Shown here: positions 1 through 11,724 of the stretch, in pieces
Numbering within the stretch: position 1 is the first letter of the stretch
Layout: each line of letters starts with the position of its first letter
Assembly (NCBI GenBank): GCA_030390025.1
Contig: CM059446.1
Location: 19,096,001-19,160,000 of the forward strand
Origin: Squalus acanthias
Lineage: Eukaryota
DNA: 64,000 nucleotides
Reading direction: 5' to 3'
Made by a program: the position numbers and the translations under genes
The notes under the pieces: model-generated
The model's database searches: none
Seen by the model: the letters and a program-made list of their open reading frames with translations, nothing else
What the model was told of the DNA's origin: nothing

Positions 1-540
1 AAAGATTAGTTACAGCACAATTTATGTCATGTATTTGCCAGTAAAATAAGTTTGCCGATCACTCTTTCGTAAGGGGATACCTCTTTGAAGTGCCTGAGCC
101 TTGGACTGGTCAGATTACTATATAAATAAAGTGCATGAATACAGATAGGGAGAAAATCATTGCGAGAAGATTTCCTGTCTGGCGCAGAAAATGGAGCTGC
201 CTCCTGGGAGCTGCTCCCTTGCCTTTTCACGCTAACAGCTGCTTTAAATAGCCAGGTGGGCTGCATACATGTTCCAGCTGCATCACAGCAACAGTGAATC
301 ACAAGGCAAGGGGCCCTTCAGACCGCAAGCACGGCTAATACTTCTGCTCACTTCTCCGTTAACCGTTTCCCACCCTTTGGCAAATTCAGTCACTTGGCTG
401 GGAGTCTTCAGAGTCACTTTGGCCACAGTAGTTGGGAATTGGCCACCGTTAGTCACTTATAGAAGTCATTGTGGAAATCTGATTTTTTTGAATACAGCAA
501 TTACAACTGAGCTTAAGGAATAATAAGACGTTTTACAGCA

Positions 541-635
541 AAAGCAATATACTGCGGATGCTGGAAATCTGAAATAAAAACAGAAAATGCTGGAAAACAC
601 TCAGCAAGTCAGGAAGCAACTGTGGAGAGAAACAG
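541..635 (-). mobile_element. Penelope-like element 3' terminal fragment (family B)
   Basis: aaagcaatatactgcggatgctggaaatctgaaataaaaacagaaaatgctgg...ctgtggagagaaacag is the reverse complement of the terminus seen at 31375-31477 and 36540-36610. Confidence 0.65.
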
Positions 636-664
636 CAAAAGATGGCGTATTTTGTTATATAAGT

Positions 665-1147
665 TCAAGGCTGATACCTGGGATGGCAGGAATGACATAT
701 GAGGAGAGATTGGGTCGATTGGGCTTATACTCGCTGGAGTTTAGAAGAATGAGAGGGGATCTCATCGAAACATATCAAATTCTGACAGGTCTGGACAAAC
801 TAGATGCAGGAAGAATGTTCCCGATGGTCAGAGAGTCCAGAACCAGGGGTCATAATCTAAGGATAAGGGGTAAGCCATTTAGGACAGAAATGAGGAAGAA
901 TTTCTTCACCCAGAGAGTGGTGAACCTGTGGAATTCTCTACCACAGAAGGTAGTTGAGGCCAAGTCATTAAATATATTCAAGAATGAGTTAGATATATTT
1001 CTTAAAGCTAAAGGTATCAAGGGATATGGGGAGAAGGCAGGTACAGGGTACTGAGTTTGGATGATCAGCCATGATCTCATCGAATGGCGGAGCAGGCTCA
1101 AGGGGCCGAATGGCCTACTCCTGCTCCTATCTTCTATGTTTCTATGT
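665..1147 (+). mobile_element. CR1/HER1-type LINE, 5'-truncated (ORF2 C-terminus plus 3' UTR)
   Basis: Encodes [36 protein letters not shown]...[14 protein letters not shown]. Tail gggccgaatggcctactcctgctcct-(tctatgtt)n. Confidence 0.92.
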
Positions 1148-1376
1148 AACAAAGCAAAGTTTTATTTATTTTTACATATAAAAGAAACAACCTATCTGGT
1201 AATTGGTAGAGGCATCTGATTCCTAGATTGTGGGGAGGGGCAGTTTTCCTTAAGGGCGGTATGACGGCCAAAGGTGAATCGGGTGGGACCTCCTCCCTGG
1301 CGTGACCCTGACCGATTTGCCTAGTTGTTGGTCAATTGTGGATACAGGCCGGGCTTCCAGTGGTATCTCTGCTCTT

Positions 1377-1573
1377 CAACAACAACTTGCATTTGTATAG
1401 CACCTTTAATATATAGATCAGCATCCCGAGGCACTTCACAAGAGTATAAATCAGACAAACTCTGAGACCGAGCCAAAGAAGGAGACGTTAGGACAGGTGA
1501 CAAAACGTTTGGGACTTGGGAGCGCCTCGAGAGGTTTTACTACATTAAAGGCGCTATATAAATGCAAGTTGTG
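1377..1573. mobile_element. Two L2-type LINE 3' tails in opposite orientation
   Basis: caacaacaacttgcatttgtatagcaccttta (minus strand) and tactacattaaaggcgctatataaatgcaagttgt (plus strand). Confidence 0.6.
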
Positions 1574-1637
1574 GAGATCAGGAATTGCCGATCGCAGCGT
1601 GGAGCCAAATTCGATTCCTCAAACAAAGCAACGACAT

Positions 1638-1830
1638 TAGGAATACAGGAACACGAGGAGGCCATTCAGCCCCTCGAGCCTGTTCCGCCATTCAATTAGA
1701 TCATGGCGGATTTGTATCTTAACTCCATCCACCCTCCTTGGTTCCGTAAGCCTTAATAACCTTGCCTAACAAAAATCTATCCATTTTTAATTGAACCCCC
1801 AGCCTTAACAGCATTTTTGGGGAGAAAAAT
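1638..1830 (-). mobile_element. CR1 3' UTR fragment
   Basis: ggaggccattcagcccctcgagcctgttccgccattcaattagatcatggc is the reverse complement of the CR1 tail. Confidence 0.8.
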
Positions 1831-2442
1831 TGGCAGGACCTGGGAGAAGCAGCTAGGGGTGAATCGAGGAGCAGGATGACTAGTGGGGGAGTGTGGGACA
1901 GAATTTCACTCAGTAATTCTTCTTGCTCTGAAAGTATAAGGGAGGAATGTGTGTTATCCAATGTGCCTGCACGGAAGGACTGAACCACAGGGGCTTACAG
2001 GGTGACCTTAGAAAACTGCAGGAAGCTTTAATATGGCTGATTTGTTTTTTAGCCAATAATTGTAGTCAAATGGACAATACGTCTGAAATGTTGACTATCC
2101 AAAGGCTTGGCTTGTATATGTAAACAGGTACCTCAACCAATGGCAGGGGAGATTTCACCATCATGTGACTCCCAGGGATTAAAAGACTTGCTATAAATGG
2201 GCAGACACAGAGACTAACACTCCACTATTAATCTATAATTTAAGCATTAACAGGTATTATATTTATTTACTATTAAAATGACTAAACTATTGGTTCTTAG
2301 CAATATAATACAAAATAATAATTCAAGGTTTGGAATAACAAGCTGATTTGTTTCCTTAAGCTCATTGGTTTCAAAATATTTTACCTTCTTTTTAAATCCC
2401 TCCACAACCTCGCTCTTCCTCTGCAATCTCCTCCAACTCTAC

Positions 2443-3286
2443 GGGCTGGATTTTGTGAATGGGAAGCTTTTGGAGGCGGGACTGCTACTTGCCAGGTTTC
2501 AATCCCGCCTCAATCAGCTTCTGGCCAACCAGCGGGAATTTCCCCTGATTGATCTTGTTAAGCCCGCCCGGCGGGCTCAGCAGACCAATTAGGTGGAAGT
2601 CAGTGACAGAGCACGTCAACGTATGACGTGTTATCTGTCAAGAACTTTTGAAAGAAGAAATGTCATCGTTTGACAGCTCTGTGAAGCTGTCAAACACTGA
2701 CATTCTGTGTAGTTTGATGAGTCCTTGTGTTCAGGACTCATCAAACCTTTCTACTTTGCAGAAATCAGTGACTGTTGGATCGGTTGATGCAACAGCCAGT
2801 CTGTGATCTCTACAATGGAGATGTCGGGGGCTCCGGCTCCACAGCGGCTGAAGGCTGCAGGTAGAAACAAAGGTAAGTTAACATTTTCTAACACTTTCCA
2901 CTCACCTCACATACTTACCACTCCACACTTGCACCCATCACTCACCTCTACATCGCACTTTCAGACCCCTCCGACCCCCGCAGACCTCCTACTCACCTCC
3001 TACACCCCGGCGGGGTTCTCCCAGGTCGGAAAGCCTGCACTTCAGCACGAAAAATGGGGATAATCCTATTTTCTGCCTGTTAACTACCTTTTAACAGGCA
3101 GTTAATAGGCTTTAATCCCTTCCCGCCTCCAAGGAGACGGGACCCGGGGCCGGACGGCTTCCTGCCTCCTGGCAAGAGGGCACGGAGGCGGGTTGGGGGC
3201 GGATTTGCCACCCGCCCCAAATTCTGCAACTTTCCCAGCAGTCCCGCCTCCATACCCGCCTCCTCAGGGCTGAGAAAATCCAGCCC
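2443..3286. mobile_element. Non-autonomous TIR element (MITE-like, probably PIF/Harbinger) inserted in a degraded L2
   Basis: 12-bp TIR gggctggatttt (2443-2454) / aaaatccagccc (3275-3286). Subterminal IR ggaggcgggactgct / agcagtcccgcctcc. L2-like sequence continues on both sides. Confidence 0.72.
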
Positions 3287-4432
3287 ATAGTCTCCAGGTA
3301 TACCTTCAACTCTGGCCTTCTCTACATTTCCTCCCCATCCACTCCACTACCAAAGGTAGAATCTTCAGCCACCTTCCCCTCGCACTTGCAGAATCTCTTC
3401 CTGAACCTCTCTGACACGCAACATCTCTTTCCCATCTTCAAAATCCTTCTTACAACCCAACTTTAACTGGCCTGCCTACCTTAACTTTTTTTCCTACTTC
3501 TGCTCGGATCTAATCAACACTTCATGAAACGTGTTGGGACATAATTACTAGGTTAAAGGTTCCACATAAATGCAAGTTATTGATTTGAAATACCATTAAA
3601 TCTGGTATGTAGGTTACTCATTCAGATAGATGTTTATGGCCTGCAGATTCGGGGTGTGTGGCTTATGCATCAATGTGACTTAATTTGATTTCACTGTGGG
3701 GAAACATTAAATTACAAGTGTGGCTATATACAAGATGTTATAGCGCATGGAATACCACCAGACTACTGTACACAGGGTGGTAGAATCGAGCAGGAAATGA
3801 CAAAAAAACTCCGTGAGTAATAGTTCAAAATATTATACACAATTTCTTCCTTTAAATTTTCTTAAAATTTAAGAAAACTTATAGAAAACAAAAGTGTGCA
3901 TGGAGAGTAGAATATGTTACAGTAGCCAAAGGGATTATAACTTATTAATTATAACTTTAAACAATTGCGGTCAATATTAAATGCATTATGTGACCTTTGA
4001 CCTGGCTCCTATCCTATCATTGAGGCCCTTGACTTGTTAGGTTTTGGCCTTTTTTCTACCCCTTTCGCTCCATGTTTTTTGGCTCCAGTATCTTTGACCG
4101 CTGTAAAAGGTGTGTCCCAGCTCCCTGTGCCTTTGAGAATCCCTTCACTAGCCTTGCTATCCAGGAAAAATGTCAACAATGTGCCCAAGATAACGAGCAG
4201 AACAACTTTTCTGTTAATTACTTTAGCTGTTGGAATTGCCCAATGGCTCAACAGGGTCTCTCACCCAGTAGAGCATCACAACAGACCTCAAATTGGGTTT
4301 GAACTATTAAGTGGATTTATTTAACAAAAGGTGAGCAAGTGAATAAATAACAAATTATATGATACACATATAGAAATCCTTCTATCCAGCTCCTCAAAAG
4401 GAAAACCATAAAACAATAACCTATTCTTTTGT

Positions 4433-4645
4433 CATGATGCGGAGATGCCGGCGTTGGACTGGGGTGGACAAAAATTAGAAGTCGCACAACACCAGGTTAT
4501 AGTCCGACAGATTTATTTAAAATTACAAGCTTTCGGAGCTGTCGCCCCTTCCTCAGGTACCTGAGGAAGGGGCGACAGCTCCGAAACCTTATAATTTTAA
4601 ATAAATCTGTTGGACTATAACCTGGTGTTGTGCGACTTCTAATTT
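4433..4645 (-). mobile_element. Penelope-like fold-back insertion (family A) with hammerhead-like motif
   Basis: Palindrome 4472-4645 centred on ggt|acc, 87-bp arms, 3 mismatches. Unpaired tail 4433-4471. Flanked by the 12-bp direct repeat ctattcttttgt (4421-4432, 4646-4657). Confidence 0.85.
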
Positions 4646-5390
4646 CTATTCTTTTGTAGATAACTTTTCAGTCTTTCCTCTTTGTATTTCTTACCAGTGC
4701 AGGAATTTGAATGACTGTCGAACACGTTCAAAAATAATTGACTGCCGCATGCATCACTGAACTAAGCACAGAGTCTGTGTTCGTTCGAAAGTAGCTTGAT
4801 CTCTTCTCTCGTGCTTTGTCGGCAATTGTTCAAAACTTGCAACATTTGAATTGAGAATTGCTTGGGAAAGGATTCTAGCTGTCACTGATTTGCTTTAAAC
4901 TCCTTTTGACTCGCGATTGAATGAAAGGAACTTGTTGCTTGTTCGTCGCATCCCTCACTGGTGTACCTCGTCCAAGTGTCCAGTTGGTGAGTGCGTATCA
5001 GCAAGTTATCCGACTGTGGAGGCCATCACCGCCGATTCTGATTGGTGTCCACACATAAGCACTTCCAATAGGGGCTGCTCTACAACCATCAGCAGCACAA
5101 ACCACAGGAGAATTTATCTTTCCTAAACTGGGCTACTGAGGCCAGTTGTCATACTTTTACCACTGGCTTGAGGTCACCAACTTAGTACAGACCAGGAATA
5201 GAAAGGAAATATTTTTGACTATTTCTGTGAGTCCTTTATGCTTCGTGCTGTAAAGTGGGGTTTGATCTGATGGCCATGATATCAGAAACCTGTTGTCTGA
5301 GATCAATAACAAATGTTCAAACTTCTCTTGGCCCTTCAATTGATATTTACGGAAACATATTCCACTGACGCAGCTCTTCATTTCAATGTA

Positions 5391-5800
5391 TAGGCCGAGA
5401 AATTTGACTTGGGCCCGATACGTGTGCAAAGCGGGCACGCTGGCCCATACCGGCCTAAGGCCTGAGCCAAATTCGGCTTCGGGCCTGATTTAAGTGTCCC
5501 CCCGCACCCCCCCCCCCCCGGAGAGCTGTGGGTGCCAAACTGCTGCAGCTCGCCTGTTGGGGAGGGCGGGAAACCGGTCGGGTTACACGCTGGGCCGGCC
5601 AGCCGGCAGCTCGCGTCAGGGAGAGGGGCGGAGAAGCGATCCCAGGGGGACATGGGTGGCGGGCTGTGTGGTTTTTTTGTGGGCCCAGGAGGAGCACTCT
5701 TGCTCTTGCTGAGCTGGACAAAAGCAGAACCTGAAAATTTCATGGGCCTTTTTTTTTGGCGTGCCCTGAGCCAAGGAGATGTCCGGCACGGTTGAGGCAT
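5391..5800. mobile_element. GC-rich non-autonomous transposon fragment
   Basis: Abrupt GC/CpG-rich island starting taggccgagaaattt, similar in style to the other TIR elements. The second terminus was not identified. Confidence 0.4.
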
Positions 5801-6719
5801 GACGCAAAATTCAGAAGTCTAACGCTGATTTTCCACTTGGAAACGAATGGCTGTGGGTTGGATTCTTTCCCCCCCTCCCCTGCCTCCACCCCATAGTTTT
5901 GATCATTATAGTCTGTCTTGTATCTTGTTTTAAATAAATGAGTTTTTCCCATGGGAAAATTATTTTTGCAACCTTTATACAGAGATGGAGTTTTGATTCA
6001 GAGTGCAAGACACATTTGTTATGCTAACATAGAGAGCCTGTTTATCCAGTAACGCTAACACTGAGATTACAAAACTGCCGAATAATTTATATTGACAGCT
6101 TGAAAGTTAAGAAAATGTTGAAGTTGAACTAAGTTCTGAGAAGCATTTAAATATATTGTAATTACTGACTATTCTAATGGGATCCTTCAAAGCACCAGCC
6201 TACAATGTAACAAAGACTGATTATAATGCTGTGATAACTTTCTACAAAATTTGAAGATGCGTGATAATACAGATGGCATGTCATTCTTTTGTGTGTGTTC
6301 ATCAATGAGGGGGGCATTAATCCTGGGAATGGAATACCTTCCCATTCTCAGCACCAAGGGGCAGATTTCTATGTTGGCGGGATTAGTTCTGATTGGTTCT
6401 GGTGGCATGGAGTGAGCCTGTGAGAGCCAGGAGATCAGGCAGGGATCCATTCTGCAGGAGCTAACCCAGTTTACACCACTGGCCTAAGTGGCCTTGCACA
6501 ATGAGCAAGAGTGTGGGCATCAAATGGAGATTGACCGAGTGCCCCCACCCCCTCCATTGCCTGATGTTTTTGGCCTTTGCTCCCTCCATCCATCTGGAGT
6601 AGGTTTGAAGAAAAGCTTCACGTGCAAAGAAGCATTAACAGGAGCAGAGGCTTTTGCTGAGGATTTTTTTCCCCCAATGGTTTTTAAGAATTGGCAACTT
6701 TTCCTGGCGTTTTGGGATC

Positions 6720-7322
6720 AGAACATAAGAACATAAGAAATAGGAGCAGGAGTCGGCCATTCGGCCCCTCGAGCCTGCTCCATCATTCAATGAGATCATG
6801 GCTGATCTTCTGCCTCAACTCCATTCACCGGCCCTATCGCCATATCCCTTGATGCCCTTACTAGTCAGAAACCTATCGACTTCTGTTTTGAATATACCCA
6901 ATGACTGAGCCTCCACAGCCCTCTGGGGTAGAGAATTCCAAAGATTCACCACCCTCTGTGTGAAGAAATTTCTTCTCATCTCAGTCCTGAATGGCCTACC
7001 CTTTATCCTGAGCCTGGTTCAAAACTCCCCGGCCAAGGGAAACATTCTCCCAGCATCCATCCTATCAAGCCCTGTAATAATTTTGTATGCTTCAATGATA
7101 TCCCCGCTCATTCTTCTGAATTCAAGAGAATACAGGCCTAGTTTACTCAATCTCTTCTCATACGACAGTCCCGCCATCCCAGGAATCAATCTCGTGAACC
7201 TTTGTTGCACTCCCTCTAAGGCAAGTATATCCTTCCTTAGGTAAGGAGACCAAAATTGTACACAGTACTCCAGGTTTGGTCTCACCAAGACCCTATATAA
7301 TTGGAGTAAGACTTCTTTACTC
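6720..7322 (-). mobile_element. CR1 LINE 3' fragment
   Basis: Minus-strand ORF VRPNLEYCVQFWSPYLRKDILALEGVQQRFTRLIPG... and (agaacata)n tail at 6720. Confidence 0.92.
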
Positions 7323-7705
7323 CATGGAGGGAATGAAACAAAAAAGAAGCCAAAAGTTGTCTACAATAACCGGAGAGTTGATTGTAATTGAAGAGTTCAA
7401 CGCAACAGAAAGATCATTGCAGAAGAGGGGTAATGAAAGGAAGGTTCTTTCAACACAACCTTTCACTGGAGCTCAGAGAGTGACAAGGTTATCTAACTGC
7501 AAGCTACAGACTGACATGTCTGTTGGCAAGTCAGTGTAAAATGAATGATCCAAGCGGCGTTTATAGTGCCCCAAATACATGCCAAGGAGATGACCTGGCA
7601 TCAGAGCTCAACTATCCCCACTCACCGTTATGCCACCAACTGTACCTGTAGGCTCTGTTGCACCTACTTGGAATTGACTATGTAAAATTCCCAAGTGCCA
7701 GCTCC

Positions 7706-7861
7706 AAGCTGCTGGAAGGACACTTGCAGCCAACCTGCAACATACGAAGGGCACTGTCAATGGCAGTCAAGGTCACCACTGTTTTCAACTTTCTTGCCTA
7801 TGGCTCCTTCCAGACTGGCGTAGGGATTATCTGCAATAACAGCCAATGTGCTGCTCATTAA
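7706..7861 (+). pseudogene. Degenerate Harbinger/HARBI1-like transposase fragment
   Basis: LLEGHLQPTCNIRRALSMAVKVTTVFNFLAYGSFQTGVGIICNNSQCAAH matches the Harbinger HTH pattern L.P...AL....KV..AL.F.A.GSFQ...G....SQ..H, then stops. Confidence 0.7.
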
Positions 7862-10075
7862 GGTAACGGATGGATATTGCACCGCTCAGTATGGCCACTG
7901 ACGTAAGTAAACTACTAGGCACTTGGTCTAAGCGTTAAACAAAGCTTTAATCAACTGTTTTTCAACATGGAGGTCCAGTTGTGTCCTTCACTAGTTCCTG
8001 CTAAAGAATGTCCTGAGCAAGCTGGGCCCATGCCCGAGTATTTTTACTCTCCCTGGACAGCGCCACCCAGTATTATTTCATAAGTCATTTCCACATGAAT
8101 GACAAGATTCATGTCAGCCACCACTTCCCCACTGAATTGCAACAGGAGCATGGCTCAATGATCCAATTACAATCCACTGCTGCATTTCCCAAAGCCTTGG
8201 GATCTTTCATTGCAGCCATGTGGCTACTCTGGGCAGCGAGTGCCTGTTTCTCCTCTGCCTCCACCACTTGCTTCTCCTGACTTGTGCACTGTGACTTACT
8301 CACTGCTGCCTCCTACTCACTGCATCGTCTGTGGGGCGTGTTGCTGTGCTGCTTCTTGCCGATGTTAGTGAGAGGGACGCGGGGAGCTCTGTTGTTTTTG
8401 GTCGCCAGAGTGCTGGTAAACTGCTCATCTCAGTCTGTGATGTTAAAAAAGGAACAAACATTGGAATTCTGTGTCCAACAGTCACCTTCAAACAGAGTTT
8501 GCATTGCAAGTTACTGTGTATAATGTTTGTGTATATGCCTGTGTTGTGTGAGTGAGAAGGACAAGACAGAGCAGAAGCAGGATGCTTTGAATCCTGAGCT
8601 TGGAGGAAGTCTGGGACTTCATCTACCCATACTCCGTTAAGACCCTCATGGGCAAGGATATCCAGGGTGACCTCCTCAAACTAGCTAAGGACGTAGTTTC
8701 TGGTACCTTCACCAGTTTCAGTGGATAATCTTACAAGCCCGGCCGTTTGTCCTACACTTTTATACTCAGTTCTTTAAATACCATCGAATGTCATCTTATG
8801 CTGGGCTCCTGTTATATTGTTATCAATGACAAATCAATACTGAAGTTCAAGTAGGTCCTCAATTATGTAGTGGGTGAATGTTGGCAACTTGAGTTGATAA
8901 GCGACACTTAACCCACCTTGTGATCCCCTTGTAAGTGGGCTGGCTGGCTGCACGGTTTCATTGACAAGTTGTTGTGATTCTGGTGACCCCAGATCTCCTT
9001 GGGCTATGCATTGTAAGAGCCTTGCTTGTGAGTCTGCCCCACCTCAAACTGTGGTGTCTGACGGGCACGCTTATCTTTCAGCTAACTCCTCCAGTGCCTG
9101 ATGCACCAGTCGCTTCTTTGGGAGGAGAGCATCAGTCCCCATAAATTTAGTGCAGCCTCTCCTTTAGTCCTTGCAGTAGGGTTTGCAGCACCTGACCTGG
9201 AAGGCCGCTGTTCCTCACTACACCACACCCAACGCTAGAGCAGTTTTGCCTTAGACATCCCGGCTGCATCACTGTCTCATAATCTCAGCCAATTAAGAGG
9301 AGTGATGCTTCTCCCTCTTCATTGGCTGACCTGGTGTGTGGGACCTTTGACCCACAGACTAAAAGTGGTCAAGTTGTGAGTAAGCCAGCAGAAATAAATC
9401 CTCCCCCCCCCCAAAATAAATAAAAGAAATGTAACCCTTGAATCACACATTAACAGTAATGTCTCGGCCTCTTTAACTTTTTCTCCCATTCAAGGAGACG
9501 ATTCTGTTTCCGTTACAGATCAAAGTGATGTTCAAATCAAGCTTACAATCTATTATACAAACAAAGAAACTATTTGAAAGAAAACGCCATCAACCACTTC
9601 AGAAAAGAAAATTACATGGTGAAGAAAATGAAAGTGGAACCTAAGAGCCAAGTATTGGATCTCACAGCAGGTGGAAATGCAAATTTGGACTGAATCCTGA
9701 AACTATGTTGTTGAGACAGGATAGAGCAAGTGGTTGATGTAATTGTAACTTGAGGACATCTTCATCACATGCTATTGAGTAAGTGGTGGCCATATAAAAG
9801 AAACGTTGCCAGTGTTTCTAAACTCAAGATCAAAGGAGTATCTCATTCAGCATCATCTCTCTGATGATCCTACATGGGAACACTGCTAAATTATTTTCCT
9901 GCTTCAGTTCATGAGCTAGTAGGGTCACCTTAGTTAAACAATATTCTCGTTAAACAATATTCTCATTACACGTCAAGATAATGCTGATTATGATCATCAA
10001 GGCAAGGGATGTCAGCGCTGGAGAGGCTAACGCATTTCCAATTGGGGCATCCACTGTCAATATAAAACATCCTAG

Positions 10076-10403
10076 GTCATGTCTTTCGGACGAGACTTTA
10101 AACCGAGTCTGCCCTCTCAGGTGGACATAAAAGATCCCACGGCACTATTTCGAAGAAGAGCAGAGGAGTTCGCTCCGGTGTCCTGGCCAATATTTATCCC
10201 TCCACCAACATCACTAAAATAAGTTACCTGGTCATCGTCGCATTGCTGTTTGTGGGATCTTGCTGTGCGCAAATTGGCTGCCGCGTTCCCTAAATTTCAA
10301 CAGTGACTCCACTTCAAAAAAGGACTTCATTGGCTGTAAAGTGCTTTGGAATGTCCTGAGGTCATGAAAGGCGCTATATAAATGCAAATCTTTCCTTCTT
10401 TTC
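10076..10403 (+). mobile_element. DeuSINE (SacSINE1-like), 5'-truncated
   Basis: Deu domain aaagatcccacggcactatttcgaagaagagcag...cctggccaatatttatccc, plus L2-type tail gaaaggcgctatataaatgcaa. Confidence 0.88.
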
Positions 10404-10606
10404 TATAACACAAACAAGATGTAGAATAAAGTTTGCTACACTCTGCCTGAACAATGTTGAGACTGCTTCCAACTCATTTCACATTGAACCCTTGTAGACC
10501 ATAGTGTACTGTAGAGTGTAGGTTATACATAGCACTTCTAATTTTAGGGTGAAATCTGATAATTACCTCCCAAAGGATAGGCTTTATATTTTGGTTTAAA
10601 CCCAAT

Positions 10607-10938
10607 GAAAGAAAGAAGGAAAGAAAGACTTGCATTTCTATAGCGCCTTTCATGACCTCAGGATGTCCCAAAGCGCTTTACAGCCAATGAAGTACATTTT
10701 GAAGTGTAGTCGCTGTTGTAATGTAGGAAACGTGGCAGCCAATTTGCGCACAGCAAGCTCCCACAAACAGCAATGTGATAATGACCAGATAATGTTTTAG
10801 TGATGTTGACTGAGGGATAAATATTGGCCAGGACACTGGGGAGAACTCCCCTGCTCTTCTTCGAAATAGTGCCATGGGATCTTTTATGTCCACCTGAGAG
10901 AGCAGACGGGGCCTCGGTTTAACGTCTCATCTGAATGA
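10607..10938 (-). mobile_element. DeuSINE (SacSINE1-like), 5'-truncated
   Basis: Reverse complement of the Deu domain with a (gaaa)n tail. Confidence 0.88.
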
Positions 10939-10957
10939 AGCCCAACATCACCTTTCT

Positions 10958-11187
10958 AGAATAACAGGAAATGTTGGAAACGCTCAGCAGGTCAGGCAGC
11001 ATCTGCGGAGAAAGCAGAGGAGTTGTTTTGGGGTGTGAACCCTTTGCCAAAAGTTTTGACAAAAGGTCCACACTGAAAACGTTAGCACATCTGTCCTCCC
11101 CATAGATGTTGCCTGTCCTGCTGAGCGTTTCGAGCATTTTTTGTTTTTGTTTCAGATTTCCAGCATCTGCATTTTGTTTTGCTTTTC
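10958..11187 (+). mobile_element. Older Penelope-like fold-back copy (family B)
   Basis: ggaaacgctcagcaggtcaggcagcatctg pairs imperfectly with agatgttgcctgtcctgctgagcgtttc, followed by the tail cagatttccagcatctgcattttg. Confidence 0.65.
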
Positions 11188-11627
11188 GTCACCAGACTAC
11201 AGTTCCAGTGTGCTGCACACAAACATTTTCCCTATTTTTACTTCATCTTCTCTTTGTATGGACGGGCAGTATGGATGTGACTTGTACAGCTGACTGAACG
11301 ATGGTCCATAAGGGAAGAGTCACCGAGTGTGCAGTTAACGATGCAAGCGAACTTCTAGTCTTACATACATTAGTAAGAGCTTAAGCATATATTTTTAAAC
11401 TTAGTTTATTTCTTCCATTCAAAATTATTTTGCAAATTAAACCAAAATGTTCTAATTACAAATATGTTGTTTTACTTTTGATCTGAAAAAGCACTGAGTT
11501 GCCTCATGATCCCTGCACAGGAACATGAAGCCTTCCTGACACAAATATTAAAAATCTTACATCTGCGAGCACTTTTTCCACGATAAATTCCTATGTACAT
11601 ATTTATATTGGAAAGTACGTATGTAAA

Positions 11628-11708
11628 CTTGTCACACGGTAATTACACCCTCTTCCTACTACAACAGCGCCACCACTGCCAGGGGGGGTGTAATTACCGT
11701 GTGACAAG
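11628..11708. repeat. 81-bp mini inverted repeat with perfect 23-bp arms
   Basis: cttgtcacacggtaattacaccc (11628-11650) / gggtgtaattaccgtgtgacaag (11686-11708). Confidence 0.9.
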
Positions 11709-11724
11709 GCAATTTCCATTATTT

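Noticed and set aside
587-1054. 155-aa ORF as a gene
   Set aside because: It is a chance fusion of a PLE terminus and a truncated CR1 ORF2 end.
5378-5807. Cluster of overlapping ORFs / CpG-island promoter
   Set aside because: GC-rich transposon-like DNA depleted of stop codons, with no recognisable protein.
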